DNA of 64,000 bases. Source: Trichoplax adhaerens (lineage: Eukaryota; Animalia; Placozoa). The number at the start of each line of letters is the position of its first letter. The first letter of the stretch is position 1. The position numbers and the translations under genes were made by a program. The notes beneath the pieces are model-generated. The model worked only from the letters and a program-made list of their open reading frames with translations. It was not told where the DNA came from and did no database searches. This document shows, piece by piece, positions 12,471 through 25,145 of this stretch. The stretch lies in NCBI RefSeq assembly GCF_000150275.1, contig NW_002060978.1, forward strand, positions 248,001-312,000, read 5' to 3'.

Positions 12471-15400
12471 ATTTGAAACTGCTAGGGCTCAGTAATATCC
12501 ATTCCTGCTAAAGGTAATGATTAGCTAGGACTTATTACGACGACGACAAACCCAGTTACTGCAGATATAACCTTCGTTATTAAATTAAAATCCTTTATAT
12601 TAGGATGATACTGTATAATAGACTGACCTATCGTAATAATTGGGGTTATCAATTTAAAATTTTTTTCATTATCATATTCATTATTTATCCTCAGTCTAAA
12701 TTAGATGGTCTTACATAATGAAATTGCACTGAAATTTCAAATAGATTAAAAGATTAGGGTATCATTTAAAATAATCATAAATCCGCATTTAATTACTTTT
12801 AAAATTGCTGATTTCCAAGAAATTCCCTGGAATCTTCCAGATTAAATATAAGGTTCAAAAGCGTAATAAAATCAACTTTAATAATTCCCTAAGGGAAGCT
12901 AACAACATAGATACTTGTATTGTTCAATAATTAGCTGATGCTTATTGTCATTTACTGTGTTAACTAAATGTCATATGTTTGATAGAGAATATCTATTAAG
13001 CAAGGGATGGCTATGGTAGTAAGAGCTATACAAGTTACTGTAATTTAGGCTTCCTCTCGATTCCATGAAGAAAAGTCTATTCTATCCTTCAAACAATTAA
13101 AAAATAGGCAATATAGGATAGGCTTACTTACATTCTTGGAATCAGCGATAGAATACAATTTCTCCAACGGGGTTAGAATATCGTTCCAAGTCGTGAAATA
13201 TGTAATAATCGCAAGTAAAAATGTCGATTGAGTCTATAATTAATAATTATAGAAAATGCTGTCGTAATTGTTTAGTCAAATAACCTTCCAAATAGTCACA
13301 TTGTTCAATAAGAAAGAAAAATTGCATAATTAAACCTTTATTAGGTTACGTATAGTATGCGGTAAGTAAGTACGGTGCGTAAAGGAATGCCCAATTTTCA
13401 TTTTGATTAATCACATTTGGATGCCTACAAAGTTGAACACCGTGAATTCAGTCAGACTAGGCCTAGGTTTCTAGTTAAAATTTATTTTCCTTACATAATT
13501 ACTTTTGTTTATTACTGATGGTGGAGTGAAGTCAAATTTAAAGTATTTTATGCTCAATATATACTCTTTAAACGCTAGCATTAAGAATCTTAACAAGAGT
13601 CTTTACTTGGCAAAAACAGTTGTTATAAAAATACCGATCTTCTAATAGAGCACTTTTTTCTTCAGAGCTCTTTGTTATTAATCAGCAATATTCATGATGA
13701 AAACTATACTCCTGCTCTTTCGCAATCGATAAAGAAAATATTAGATGACATGCTTTAAAATAAATAATTATCTATTCAAATTAATATTTATAAGTATTGC
13801 TGATTTATGATGCAAGCCTAAATTTAGCTTAAGATTAATGACTCAGTATACGAATTAATTTTTAATATAAAGCAAAGTTTTGGAAGAAATGTAATTTTAC
13901 TACAATATTTTAAATCGCATCAAATATTTGAAGCCATAATGATCAATTCTGATTGCCTTTTACCCATTTAATAAAAATTCATGATGCTGATAATCATAAT
14001 CCACGAAAAGAATTTATTTTAAATATTTAATCTATCTGTAACTAGTAATCAGACATTTTTAAACTAAACCAATGTATAATTAATTTCTAATGGCTAAGTG
14101 GCGAGTCTATGTGTATGATATACAAATATGAATATCTTGTTTTATTCCGCCGAAAAACAGCAAGGTCATTAACTAAAATGTGCGCAATGAAATGTGGTTC
14201 TCTACTGCCAAGAAATTTTACGCAGTGGGTATTTTAGAGTTATCATTAAATAATCATGATTGGAGTTTATCTAAGCTATTACGTATTGTTGCATAAATAA
14301 CAGTGTCTTTCAATGATGTTGAAAGTATACTATTTAAATTACGATAATTGTTAATCATATTCCGGCCATTCCCATTGAGTATCCGAAATGCTTTACGTGT
14401 GCCTGCTATACTTATAAAATTAATGGATTTCTAATAAAATTTGAGTTTTACGCTACAGTGTAGGCTAGAAGAACATAGCTTATGTATTCTCTATCTGATA
14501 GAAGATGATCAGTATTTTATGTAAGTGGATAAATATCGATGACGAGGACAAGCCTATTAGCTAGCTCGTAATCATAATTTCTCGTCACAAACCTAGGTTG
14601 TTAACTTTCTTTCATAATGAAAATCCCTATAGTGTTTGCAGTCACTATATGAAATACAAAACTCGTATATCATAAGCGATCTGCTCTTTAAAAATATCTT
14701 TAAGCAACGATTAGCAAGGAATATTTACGTAATAAAGCAAGTGTTATCTCGGCCAACTTCTCTACTAGTCTAAAGAATCGAATTAAAGCTGAAATTAGTC
14801 GGTTTATAGATACGAAATGTATGAAAGCGAATTTATACTGTAAATAAGTGCTTCGGGTATTGCATATAAAGCGATGATTATGCAAAGTGTAATATCAATT
14901 ATGCTTATTAAAGGATTTAAAAGTCCATTAAAGAACCAGATTTTCTCTATAATTAGTCTTTATAGGGATACAAAATATAAGGCAGAGTAACTACAGTTTT
15001 AATAAATACTTCTGTGCATTAAACTTGTAAGAGTTGGTAGATAAGCAATATAGTATTGATTCATATTGAATACTAGGTATTTATATAAGTCGATAATAGT
15101 CGATAAGAAGCCGATTAAATTAGCTATTAAATAATTATTTCGCTTATCCTCGATGTGAAGTACAACAGTCACTTTAATAAACATCGAATTGCCCAGTTTG
15201 GTTAAATTAACCAGACTACTGAATTCTATCAAAACGGTAATAATCATAATTTTCTTCGCTTGTAAGAGTAACATAGTGTGATGACTTTCAATATAGCTGA
15301 TGCCAAATGCAAATAATTTAGACATTAAGTGATTTACAGTAAAAATTTTTGACATTTGTTCATTCGTAAAAGTCAATGTGTTCAAACTTTGTGCCTATAA

Positions 15401-18016
15401 ATATTTTAAGAATACTGACGTATACCAATAAGCAAGATAAAAACAATATTGCAAAATCTAAGTTATCATTTTTATTTACCATTAATTTATTGTCGGAATA
15501 ATTTTTACTCACTTCTATTACTTAACGACTAACTTTATTGATGCTCATGCTTACATATGCTACCAACTATGACATATTTACTTTGATTAGGCTTGTTCTC
15601 TATAGAAATATACTCTAATTATTAAGCTCTGCTTGTTGCCATTGTAAAATTGTGACGACCAACAATAACCAGTTAATCAAAAATTCCTGGAACGATTGCA
15701 TTATCTGTTTATCTTTGTTCTTTTAGTAGTCGTATAATAGAAACAATGCTATTGTTACAATTGAAATTGCTTATTTCTTAATGATCGTCATTATCATTTT
15801 GATTATATTACATGTTTCTATTATAATAGCTAATTCACCTAGGCAAAGGTCTTTCTATAGTTAGCAATAAAAAAAATTATAATGGATTTTGATATTGTAA
15901 TTATGATTGGATCCGGTTAAGTTAAAGGAAACTACATGAATATCTATATAATAAAATGATAACATTAGTTGCCTCATAGACTGCCTTCTATGCAGTCTTT
16001 TCAGTCCAATTTTGATTCTATTAGTCTGATTCTATTTGTTATGATCACTTTATCGATAGCAGCGCATAATAGGCTTGATTAAGATTTCTACAGTCTAAAC
16101 TATAAGCAGAAATGATAGAATATGAAACATCTGCCGGATACTTATTATCTTTATATGTAATTAATTTTTATAAATGTACAGTTTATAACCGTAATAGCGT
16201 ATCCTTAGTAACACTTTACTCTTAGAAATGTCTAAGGGTGTTGTGATGCTAGAGTATATCAAATCAGTATGATTGTATTCTATGTCACATGATATCTTAA
16301 TTAAATATCAGTTGGATGATCAAATTTCTTGATATACAGATTACTCTTTCTATGCTGATGTTGAATTAAAGCTAGGAGAAGCTATTTTACTGTTGCTAAG
16401 ATAAATTGTTATTGTTTTAGATTTTAGCTAGATCTTAGCCAGTATTAATTCCATTTATTTATTATATATTAAAGTGTCAAGTTGCATTTCTTAGAATTCA
16501 CCATAATTTTACGGTTAGCGAATTGAACTAAGATTTTATTGATCAAGAATTTAATTCTTTAGGAATCTAGTATATTTCGATAAGAATCTAGAATCTGTTA
16601 CAAAACTTATCAGTTAGGTAAGTGGTATTATTAATTAAATATTATCACGATCGGAAATTGATTAATTATTTAATTTGATAGTTATAATTTTGATTTTATT
16701 TCTGAATGCTATTAATGAAAATTTTATAGCATAATTTTTATGGATTTGTGTTATAGTAATGAAAATCTTCCTACTGACTAACTTTAATTGATAAATGATG
16801 ACGTTTATATGGATAATCGCATGTTGTAACTTTATGAAATTCTACAGTAGCCTTTTAAACCGAGTAAAAATAAAAAATCAACTTGAGTTTGTCAACTCTA
16901 GCTTATCCAATTCTAGTGAACGTGGGGGTACAATGAGTAAATCGAAATCTGATTTTGACGTAAAGATACAGCAGACAATTTTAATCTAAGTGTGATAGTT
17001 TTCATGATGACAGTTTTTACTGAAAGTATTCGATTTAGTGTTGATATTCTCAAATTGATTAGGTCGCAAATGCAGCCACTATAGATTTTAAATTGTACTT
17101 TATCGAATCCACGGCCAATATGATAAAGCTCTGTAAGGGCAATACAGTTTCATCCTTAAATTTATGTACTTATTTCTAAATTATTGCTAAGTATAGTGTA
17201 GTATACCGAAACTATTATAAACTCAAATGGAAACTCGTACACTTTATAGCCATTTAAAGCCTTAAAATATATTACCTTTATAAAGTGTCAAGCAATGTAG
17301 TATACCCTTGAATTCAATTTTAATTTTAACTACCCATCCTTCTAAAAGCTCACAGTCTCTATCCATAAATAAACCTAATTTTTTATATTGGTAAAATCGA
17401 TTACTGGTGTGAAATAAGTATCCTATGCGTGTTATGAATAATATATACTTCGCTCGCATTGCAATATTAGATTTACTAGATGAAAAGTAGTCAACATCAA
17501 ACGTCTAATTAATTTGACAATAGTAATTTCGAATCTAAATCCTCTATATAGGACTAGCTATTTTTCTAAAATTGCAATTGCTGGACATTGCTCAGTCTTA
17601 TTGTACCGTTGCAGATTTCAAGTTTAACTTAAATTTCTACTCAATTTATAAGCTAAGTAAAATATCGTCTTAATTGCCGAGCTACGAAGTCTGTGAAAGC
17701 ATCATAAGCTTTACTCAATTCTTAGATTGTTCTTATCTCGGCTATTATTTTAAAGAAATAATACGAATGCAAATTTAACGTAAATAAACACGTACATTAG
17801 AATAGAATCTCTATCAAAATGAATAGATCATATTTTGATTAATTAAAATAATCAGCGTCATAGTGTTTCAAAGGAATGAAAAGCGACTTCGTTAAGGAAA
17901 ATAAATTAGAAATTGATAAGATACTCAATAAAGGAAATAAAATATAACTATTTAACGATACCATCTTTAGATTTGTCTAGAAGTACAGACCGCCTTTAAT
18001 AACAGACATTTCCTGT

Positions 18017-18137
18017 TATGGCTATGACATTATCGAAAATTTAAAGTGAAATTACTAACTATTCGTTTTATTTTTTACTATGGCTATCTAGCATTATCGA
18101 AAATTAAAATCGATAACGCTGAATATTCGTTTTATTT
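18017..18137. repeat. Short degenerate tandem duplication (~62-bp period, 2 copies)
   Basis: tatggctat..cattatcgaaaatt....tattcgttttattt occurs at 18017 and again at 18079. Confidence 0.65.
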
Positions 18138-19254
18138 CGGGAATTAAAATTTAAGACCGATATATCATGCATTTTCGGAAATAACTCGTAGGATAATAAA
18201 TATTTATCATATTAATTAACATCTTATTTCGTAGCTAACGAAGTTTATAAGAAATTAAAACTGGATTTAATCAATTTTAGCGAATTGAATTAACAAAATC
18301 AGTCAACGCTATGTTCTCAATAATCGAACGATATACATTTTTCTCTGACGATTTCGACAGCTGCTATACCAATCACTGTATGCAAAGTATACTGACAGAT
18401 ATAATATAAATATATCGGTTCTGTCATTTCAAAATAAAATCGAGTTATGCTTTCGGGTATGTAATGTTTGGACTGTATTTCTCGTCTATTAGAGGGTGGA
18501 TAAACTAATTAGAAAGTTTAAAGCCACGGAAACTTCAACCAATTTTTAAAAGCTAGATTAATACTCTTATAGAAATATTGCTGAATAAAAGCTCCCTTTA
18601 CGGCTAGAATTTTACTAATATTTGCTATGTCAAAGATTACGACTTGTAGATAGGCCGATGAAGTACTGTTAGCTGCAAGGTGCTTCGTTTTCAATTATAT
18701 TTACATCAAGTAATTAAATGGACATGAATGCAAACATTGTCACAAAACTAATACATACATAACAATCTGTTTAGCATAGAAAAGACTATTATTGATTATT
18801 TACAATTATTAAAAACAAAATTAACTTAATGTTACTCTCCTCAACTTTAACTATTATGAGTTAACTATTTTTCTATTATTTCGATTGATCTTCAACAATA
18901 TCACTATTCGAAAATTGAGATAATATCATTATCAAAAATATTAATCATTTACAATGAAAAGAATAAGTGTGATTCAATTACCTAAATAGTTTCTAATGAT
19001 CATTATTTTAGACAGTAGTATATGTTATTAGTTACAATGATATACAGTAATTATTTGAAAAAAGAGAAAAATAATTTAATGATCTTCATCTATTTGCCTT
19101 TATATAAATTCTAAAGCATTAAAGACTTGGCTAATGAAGCAATACTAATACAAAGATACTTAACTCGATTTCTATTGCTTCCTTCAGTTGCTATAATCGA
19201 CATAACCGAGAAATAGGCTGAAAACGATTGCCGTGGATCAGCAAAAGTATCATT

Positions 19255-20652
19255 ATGAGAAATCTTCATGGCCATGATGATGACGATAGCTATGCAGAGG
19301 GTGATTATTTTAACTGGACAACCAACCATACTTTACCTGAAACTTACGGACTACAAGAATATTTACAGACCATTAGCATAGGAATACTCTTTTTTATGTC
19401 ATTGATAGGCAATTCATTGGTTTTACGATACATTGTCAAGAAAAGGAAACTTCATACAGCAACATTTATTCTAATAGCAAACAACTGTGCAGTGGACTTG
19501 GCAATAACAATTTTCATTATGCCTATGTGCTTTATGGTTTCCATTTTACGTGATTGGCCTTTCAATTATGCAGCATGCCAATTTTTTGGATTTATAGATA
19601 TGACACTTTACACCGGTTCCTTAATGGCATTATCTGCAATTAGTGTTATACGCTATTTTGCAATAGTATGTATTCGAGATAAAAATTACCATCTGAAAAC
19701 CTCTAAGAAAACGGCCATAACTATGATATTTATATGCTGGTTCTATTCACTTGCATGGGGTAGTTTTCCATTAATGGGTTGGAATCATTACATCTTCTTT
19801 ATTGAGAAATTAATGTGTAATATGAATCATCGAGATCTAAATCATTATACGACCGCTAGTACGATATGCACAACATTAGTACCTTGCTTAGTGGTTATCT
19901 ATTGCTCATTCAGAATTATTCTAGCCATACGCCAACATAGCCATCATAATCATTTTCATCAAACGCAGCAGCCTCTACAACGTTCTCGTGTTGATCGCAA
20001 GGTAACTACGACTTTAATTATTGTCTTTATAGCTTACTGCTCTTGCACGATACCGCAGGTAGTTGTTGCTTCAATTTATAAATGGGATGAAGATGATACC
20101 ATGAATCAACGTATATCTTATAGAAACATCAAAATCATGGCTACTATTCTATATTTAAGTAATTGCACCGTTAATCCAATCATCTATGGCGTATGCAATA
20201 AAAATTTAAGGTCAGCCTTTCATTTTCGTGGTTATTTTGATCGTTTCTTTGACGTTGATGGCGTTTCACAAGGCCCAACAGCCATGGGTCCGACTTCTAT
20301 TCAAGTCAATGTTAATGAAAGTCCTACTACAAGATCTAGAAAATCACCCATTTCCCTCTCGAAAGTAAAATGCTTTGAAACTAACTCATCTAAGAATTGG
20401 CAAGCTAAAACATTGCAAAATCAATCTGGACTTAGACCAATGTCAGCTAAGTTGGTCAATAAAACATCGCCAATGGTGGCAAGAGCAAGATTATCCGATG
20501 TAAGTTTAGTTTCTATTGAATCGACCCAAACAGCCATAGAGCCAATATCGCCGTTAAAATCGAATCCCAACGTTAGGAATTGGAAGAATAATACGGGCAT
20601 TGCAGTAACACATCCAAGGATTAATCATTTAAAAAATCACGATATACACTAA
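19255..20652 (+). CDS. Class A (rhodopsin-like) GPCR, melatonin-receptor/opsin-related, long C-terminal tail (465 aa)
   Basis: Seven hydrophobic segments; GN in TM1; DL in TM2; IRY at the DRY position; PLMGWNHY..KLMC in ECL2; NPIIY in TM7; N-glycosylation sequons in the N-terminus. First in-frame ATG is at 19255 (the ORF track starts at an upstream TTG). Confidence 0.93.
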   Translation: MRNLHGHDDDDSYAEGDYFNWTTNHTLPETYGLQEYLQTISIGILFFMSLIGNSLVLRYIVKKRKLHTATFILIANNCAVDLAITIFIMPMCFMVSILRDWPFNYAACQFFGFIDMTLYTGSLMALSAISVIRYFAIVCIRDKNYHLKTSKKTAITMIFICWFYSLAWGSFPLMGWNHYIFFIEKLMCNMNHRDLNHYTTASTICTTLVPCLVVIYCSFRIILAIRQHSHHNHFHQTQQPLQRSRVDRKVTTTLIIVFIAYCSCTIPQVVVASIYKWDEDDTMNQRISYRNIKIMATILYLSNCTVNPIIYGVCNKNLRSAFHFRGYFDRFFDVDGVSQGPTAMGPTSIQVNVNESPTTRSRKSPISLSKVKCFETNSSKNWQAKTLQNQSGLRPMSAKLVNKTSPMVARARLSDVSLVSIESTQTAIEPISPLKSNPNVRNWKNNTGIAVTHPRINHLKNHDIH

Positions 20653-22762
20653 TATTAAATGGAAGGAGATTATGTGAAATGAATTCAATACGCTATCTTA
20701 TTATGAAATGTCTTGTGGCTGTTTTTGCTTCAATAAACTAACTACCGTACTTGCACAAACAATAGATAGTATAAGTATATTTTTATCAGAGCTACTATAG
20801 CAGCGGTAGTACATCTGCAATCTTTTAGACACTTGTGCAGTATTATCGCATTTAGCGAAAAGTGTTATTCAGTTCTGTAACAGCAAATCAACTTGACTAG
20901 GCAAATACCAATGTTTGATTTGTATTCCTTGCTACATCTAATCGTTATAATAATATTATTTATAATCATTCACGGTTAGCAATGTATTTTGCTAGAGAGA
21001 AAATTAGCTTATTAACTTATATAGTTGGTAACTTAACTATTTCAGAATATCAATGATAACACATTTATTTTAACTGTACTCACTTAATAAATTTTACTGG
21101 TATGTAACGATGTTGACCTCATCCTTAAAATTAAGATTAGCTTGATCCAATTTAAGATTAATAAAATTTCTTCTTATTGCACTCATTCAGCTAAGAAGAT
21201 TTAAATATTCGTTATACTGCAATTAATTATAATTATTAATAACTATTATAATGTGTATAAATAGAAGTAGTGGCATCAGGCACGCGCATCATTAGCAGTC
21301 CGGAAAATCCTTAACACACAATTCAGCTAATGGTTCATGTAGTATTGGTAATTAATTGGCAATACATATAATGTGATGAGATAGAATCATTCTTTGTAGA
21401 GGAATTACAATCGTACTTCCAGTTTTATTTTAGATATATTTACTAAGTCTACAATTACTTAATACGTTTAAATGAGCGGATTTCATGTTTAATCAAGCCT
21501 AAAAGCATTTGTGCAAATAGCTTATAATGTTAGGATGAAGACATACAGTAACAAAAAAATTTTACAATCATACCCAAATACGAATATCGTTCAAATTGTA
21601 GACTAAACCATAGACTAAATTACTTTTCGTATTGCCTGTATTTTATATAGCCATTATGAATACATGGAGCTTTCTTTAGTTTACCGGAAGATTGGCTGCT
21701 GTAATATCACAATTAGTGAGTAACAATAAAAAATTGATTCCATAGCTATACCAGAAACTTATAATGGCTATTTAAATTCCCGTTTTTAAGGCAGTTCAAT
21801 GATCGCTTAATCACTGATTTGTGACTTAATACTCAGAGAGGGAGTAAGGTTAGTTGTACGTAACTTTTCAATATTTCATCAGCTATTTTTTAAATATGGC
21901 ACATAACTACAGGTATATATTTTAAAATTATTAATGAATTAACGAATAACAATGGAAATTTAACCAATAAATCAATAGCATCATATCTTTAGAGCGAGAT
22001 TAGTTAATGCGGCTTAAAGCACCTGAAATCCATCAGATAGCAAAGGTTAATTAGTAAATTAAGGTATGCTTGTCGTTATGATTTTTTGTAATACGAGTAA
22101 TATATAAATGGTATTGATAAAGAAGCAAAAATATTTCCGTTTTAGAGACTGTTTGAGTTATATACATCAGATACATCATAGTATGCCTTGTAAATCTAGA
22201 AACACCTCTATTATACTCTAAACCCATAATACTTGCGTAAGGTTATATTTTTACTAATCAATGACTTAATTTTAATTATATTGAAATAAGTAATAATTTA
22301 TAAAAATGTAATAAACTTCGATTGCTATAGTAGGTATAACATTTTGAAGACCAGGAAAGTTTGTTTGGCTTGCTTTTAAAAATCTGGATGAATTTTTGTC
22401 AGGGATAATACGTTTCTTGTATTTATTACGGTCAGGGCAGATGTCAACTGTTCAGTCTACTATATAATATTCTGTTGAGGTATCAGTAGCGATAATTCTC
22501 TATTTAGCTCAATTCTGTTATAGTTATAATGTAGGCAATAAAGTTTTATTGTACCTATTAATAATTAGAGAAGAGACCCAAACATTATTTCTGTTTCTAT
22601 GTTTACATCATTACACAGCAGGTTTTTTTATCACCAGGCAGAAGGTCATTGTACGCTCTTTGTTAGGCCATGATATTTTTGACGTGTGATAATAACTTTT
22701 ATTCTCTTGGTTCATTTTGATAGAATATCATGCTTTTACTTGATTCTTGGATTGCACGGCAT

Positions 22763-23128
22763 TGTAGAATGTAATGCCTTGAGTTTAGTAATTGAGTAAA
22801 ATTCTTTAAGTATAGAATTACTAATATGCACTACCGTAGGCTATAATACTTTCGTAGTTCAATGCGATTAGTTGCTCGTGCTCAGGCAAAATATGGCAAT
22901 TCAATGCCCGTACGTAACGTGTGGAAACGTGATAATATTACTACTATTACGAAATAGGTCATGCCCTAGGACTTTTAGGCGTATGCAACGAGTAGATCGA
23001 GAGTTCTTCTTGTTCATAGTTTGTTGTAAATACCGTTACGGTTGGTTTTTATTGTAATAAAGCTTAATTCGGGTTTTAAATCCAGTTCGACTGATTTATT
23101 GTGGACCCTTGAAAATCAACTTACTACA
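22763..23128 (+). mobile_element. LTR-like element, family C (366 bp), followed by a tRNA-Ser primer-binding site; internal region absent
   Basis: TGTAG...CTACA inverted termini and AATAAA at 23056-23061. It is followed after 3 nt by TGG plus tRNA-complementary sequence, the canonical LTR-PBS junction. The left boundary is inferred from the terminal inverted repeat only; no clean TSD was found. Confidence 0.65.
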
Positions 23129-23131
23129 ATT

Positions 23132-23179
23132 TGGCGCTGCAAGTAGGGTTCGAGCCTAAGCGGGAGAATCCCATTGGAT
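23132..23179 (-). pseudogene. 3'-half copy of mature tRNA-Ser including CCA (extended PBS)
   Basis: Minus strand reads ATCCAATGGGATTCTCCCGCTTAGGCTCGAACCCTACTTGCAGCG-CCA. This corresponds to A38, the anticodon-stem 3' strand TCCAA, a long variable arm GGGA-TTC-TCCC, the T-arm (two mismatches), the acceptor 3' strand, G73 and CCA. It closely matches the architecture of animal tRNA-Ser(CGA/UGA). Confidence 0.8.
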
Positions 23180-24122
23180 ATGCTCTGCTAAAGATTGCAT
23201 CTATTTTAGTTAAAATTGTACGAAAGATGAATAAATTTAAAATCTAGTGGTTTAAATGAATGACAGATTTGTTTCTAGTCGATGATTTTCCCGCTATTTC
23301 CTTTAATAAAAGTTAGCTTCCCCAAATTGATTAACAAAGGAGAATTCGATAATTGATATTTGGCTAAATCAATATTTCTTGGCTATTAAATGATTACCTA
23401 GAATTTAATAGTCACATTATGGAAATCTAAATTGACGGTAAATATTGTGGCTGATATTAGTAATTGTTGTTATAGAGTATTTCTTCATTTGTTGTAAGCT
23501 TGCCGACGAAGAAAGTATTTCACAAAATTATAATAACGATGAATATGAAGATAATTTTTCTTTCTTAATCTTCAGTTCGTATTCAACGATAGTGAAATAG
23601 TTTAAACAATAATTATCATAATAGCCAAAAATATTTATCTAACAGAGACAAATGTCTATAAAGTTTATTATTCCATATGACAAATTAGGTGTTTCAATTG
23701 ATTGCCTTTGCTATTTCTAGCTAAAATCGTATGAATACTTATATTGACGTAGATAGAACGTCGAAGGTATTGTAGCTCAATTAATTGATCCGCTTGCTAC
23801 ATCATTAAGTAAATAGACTAAAATTTGATTGTTGAGATACAAAGGAGTTTAATTAAAGTAAAATTATTCTTGCTTCTACATCAATTAAAGATTCGTCAAT
23901 ATTAGTCATTTAAATATTACATTACCTTAAATAAAAATTTTTTTGTTAACTAAACATTCGCATAGAGATATTACTATAGCACAGTTAACTGGTACTGATA
24001 ATTTTACAAGAATGATTTACCTAAAAATTTATTGCGAAGTATAGATTTGGATACAATAATTTGATGAGTTACAAAATATAACGCTTTTAACTATATCTTA
24101 ACAAAACGTATCATAGTGGTTT

Positions 24123-25145
24123 TCATAGCATTAAATGTGAATTAGCACGTTTACTACGAAATCGAACCGACAAAGGAATGACTGTACTTGAATGACGGTC
24201 ACTTCGACATCTACAACAGATATTTGTCAATAATTTTTGTTGAACGATACGTCGTAAGTAGGAATTCATTGCTCCATATATAATGGAATTCCAAGCGCTA
24301 TTACTGAAATAGAGTATGGTTGCGATTGCCTGTATTCTGTAGTATAAATGTAAACTTCCAGAATATTCATTAAATCGGACTACAGTTGCCATTAATAAGT
24401 TCGGACCTATACATAAGAAATAGACGATAGCGATTATGCCCATCATAATAGTCACTCGTCGCTCTAATCGATTGCTTCGGGTTAAATTAATGCTTCGGTT
24501 GGTAAAATTTTGCCACATATACACAATTATTCTTATCGTGCAATAAAACAAAATGGTTGACGGTAGAAGAGTGCAAAATATTGTCGCTAGTAGCGGATAT
24601 TGGCCTTCACGGTGATTCATATTGCACATAAGTTTACCTAATACAAATGAATATCGATTCCATCCATATAACGGTGGACTTGCCCAAACTAGTGAATAAA
24701 TCCAAACTATTGCAATCATATATTTAGCTCTTTTGACAGACATTTTCTTGGCAAAATCTTGATCCAAGGCTCTAACGATGGCATAATACCGGTTAATACT
24801 AATCATCGCCAATGATGATAGTGATGCTGTATAGGATACCATTTCTAAAAAGCCCAAAATCTGACAAGTGATGCTACTAAAGGGCCACATACCAACTTGA
24901 ACAACAATAAAACATATTGGTATAATAAAAATTGTGATTAGTAAATCACAAAATGCTAGATTTGCTATTAAGATATTAGTTGATGTATGCAACTTCTTTT
25001 CCCAATAAGTCATGAAAACGACAGGAAAATTTCCGATTAATGCGATAGTAAAGATAACTATTAATATCACAGAGATGATAATTGCCTCGGTGCCTTGTGG
25101 CCATTTATCATTGGATGTAGAGTTGGTCGATGCGTTAAGATCCAT
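24123..25145 (-). CDS. Class A GPCR, melatonin-receptor/opsin-related paralog (340 aa)
   Basis: 7TM; LHTSTNILIANLAFCD, SINRYYAI, WASPPLYGWNRY..KLMC, NSIIYG. The ATG is directly preceded by a splice-acceptor-like ttttttttAAG. Confidence 0.94.
   Translation of the reverse strand: MDLNASTNSTSNDKWPQGTEAIIISVILIVIFTIALIGNFPVVFMTYWEKKLHTSTNILIANLAFCDLLITIFIIPICFIVVQVGMWPFSSITCQILGFLEMVSYTASLSSLAMISINRYYAIVRALDQDFAKKMSVKRAKYMIAIVWIYSLVWASPPLYGWNRYSFVLGKLMCNMNHREGQYPLLATIFCTLLPSTILFYCTIRIIVYMWQNFTNRSINLTRSNRLERRVTIMMGIIAIVYFLCIGPNLLMATVVRFNEYSGSLHLYYRIQAIATILYFSNSAWNSIIYGAMNSYLRRIVQQKLLTNICCRCRSDRHSSTVIPLSVRFRSKRANSHLML

Noticed and set aside
13372-13443. Tiny MITE-like segment with ACGGTG...CACCGT ends
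   Set aside because: Only a 6-bp inverted match, no TSD and no second copy in the window.
14700-17459. AT-rich 60-128-aa ORFs in intergenic DNA (also those beyond 55.8 kb)
   Set aside because: I/L/F/K/N-biased composition typical of random AT-rich sequence, several with non-ATG starts, and no coherent splice structure or motifs.
23132-23200. Functional tRNA-Ser gene or tRNA-headed SINE
   Set aside because: The 5' half (A-box, D-arm, anticodon) is missing, CCA is genomically encoded and the T-loop is mutated. The downstream ttgcatc is too close and too weak to be the 5' acceptor strand.
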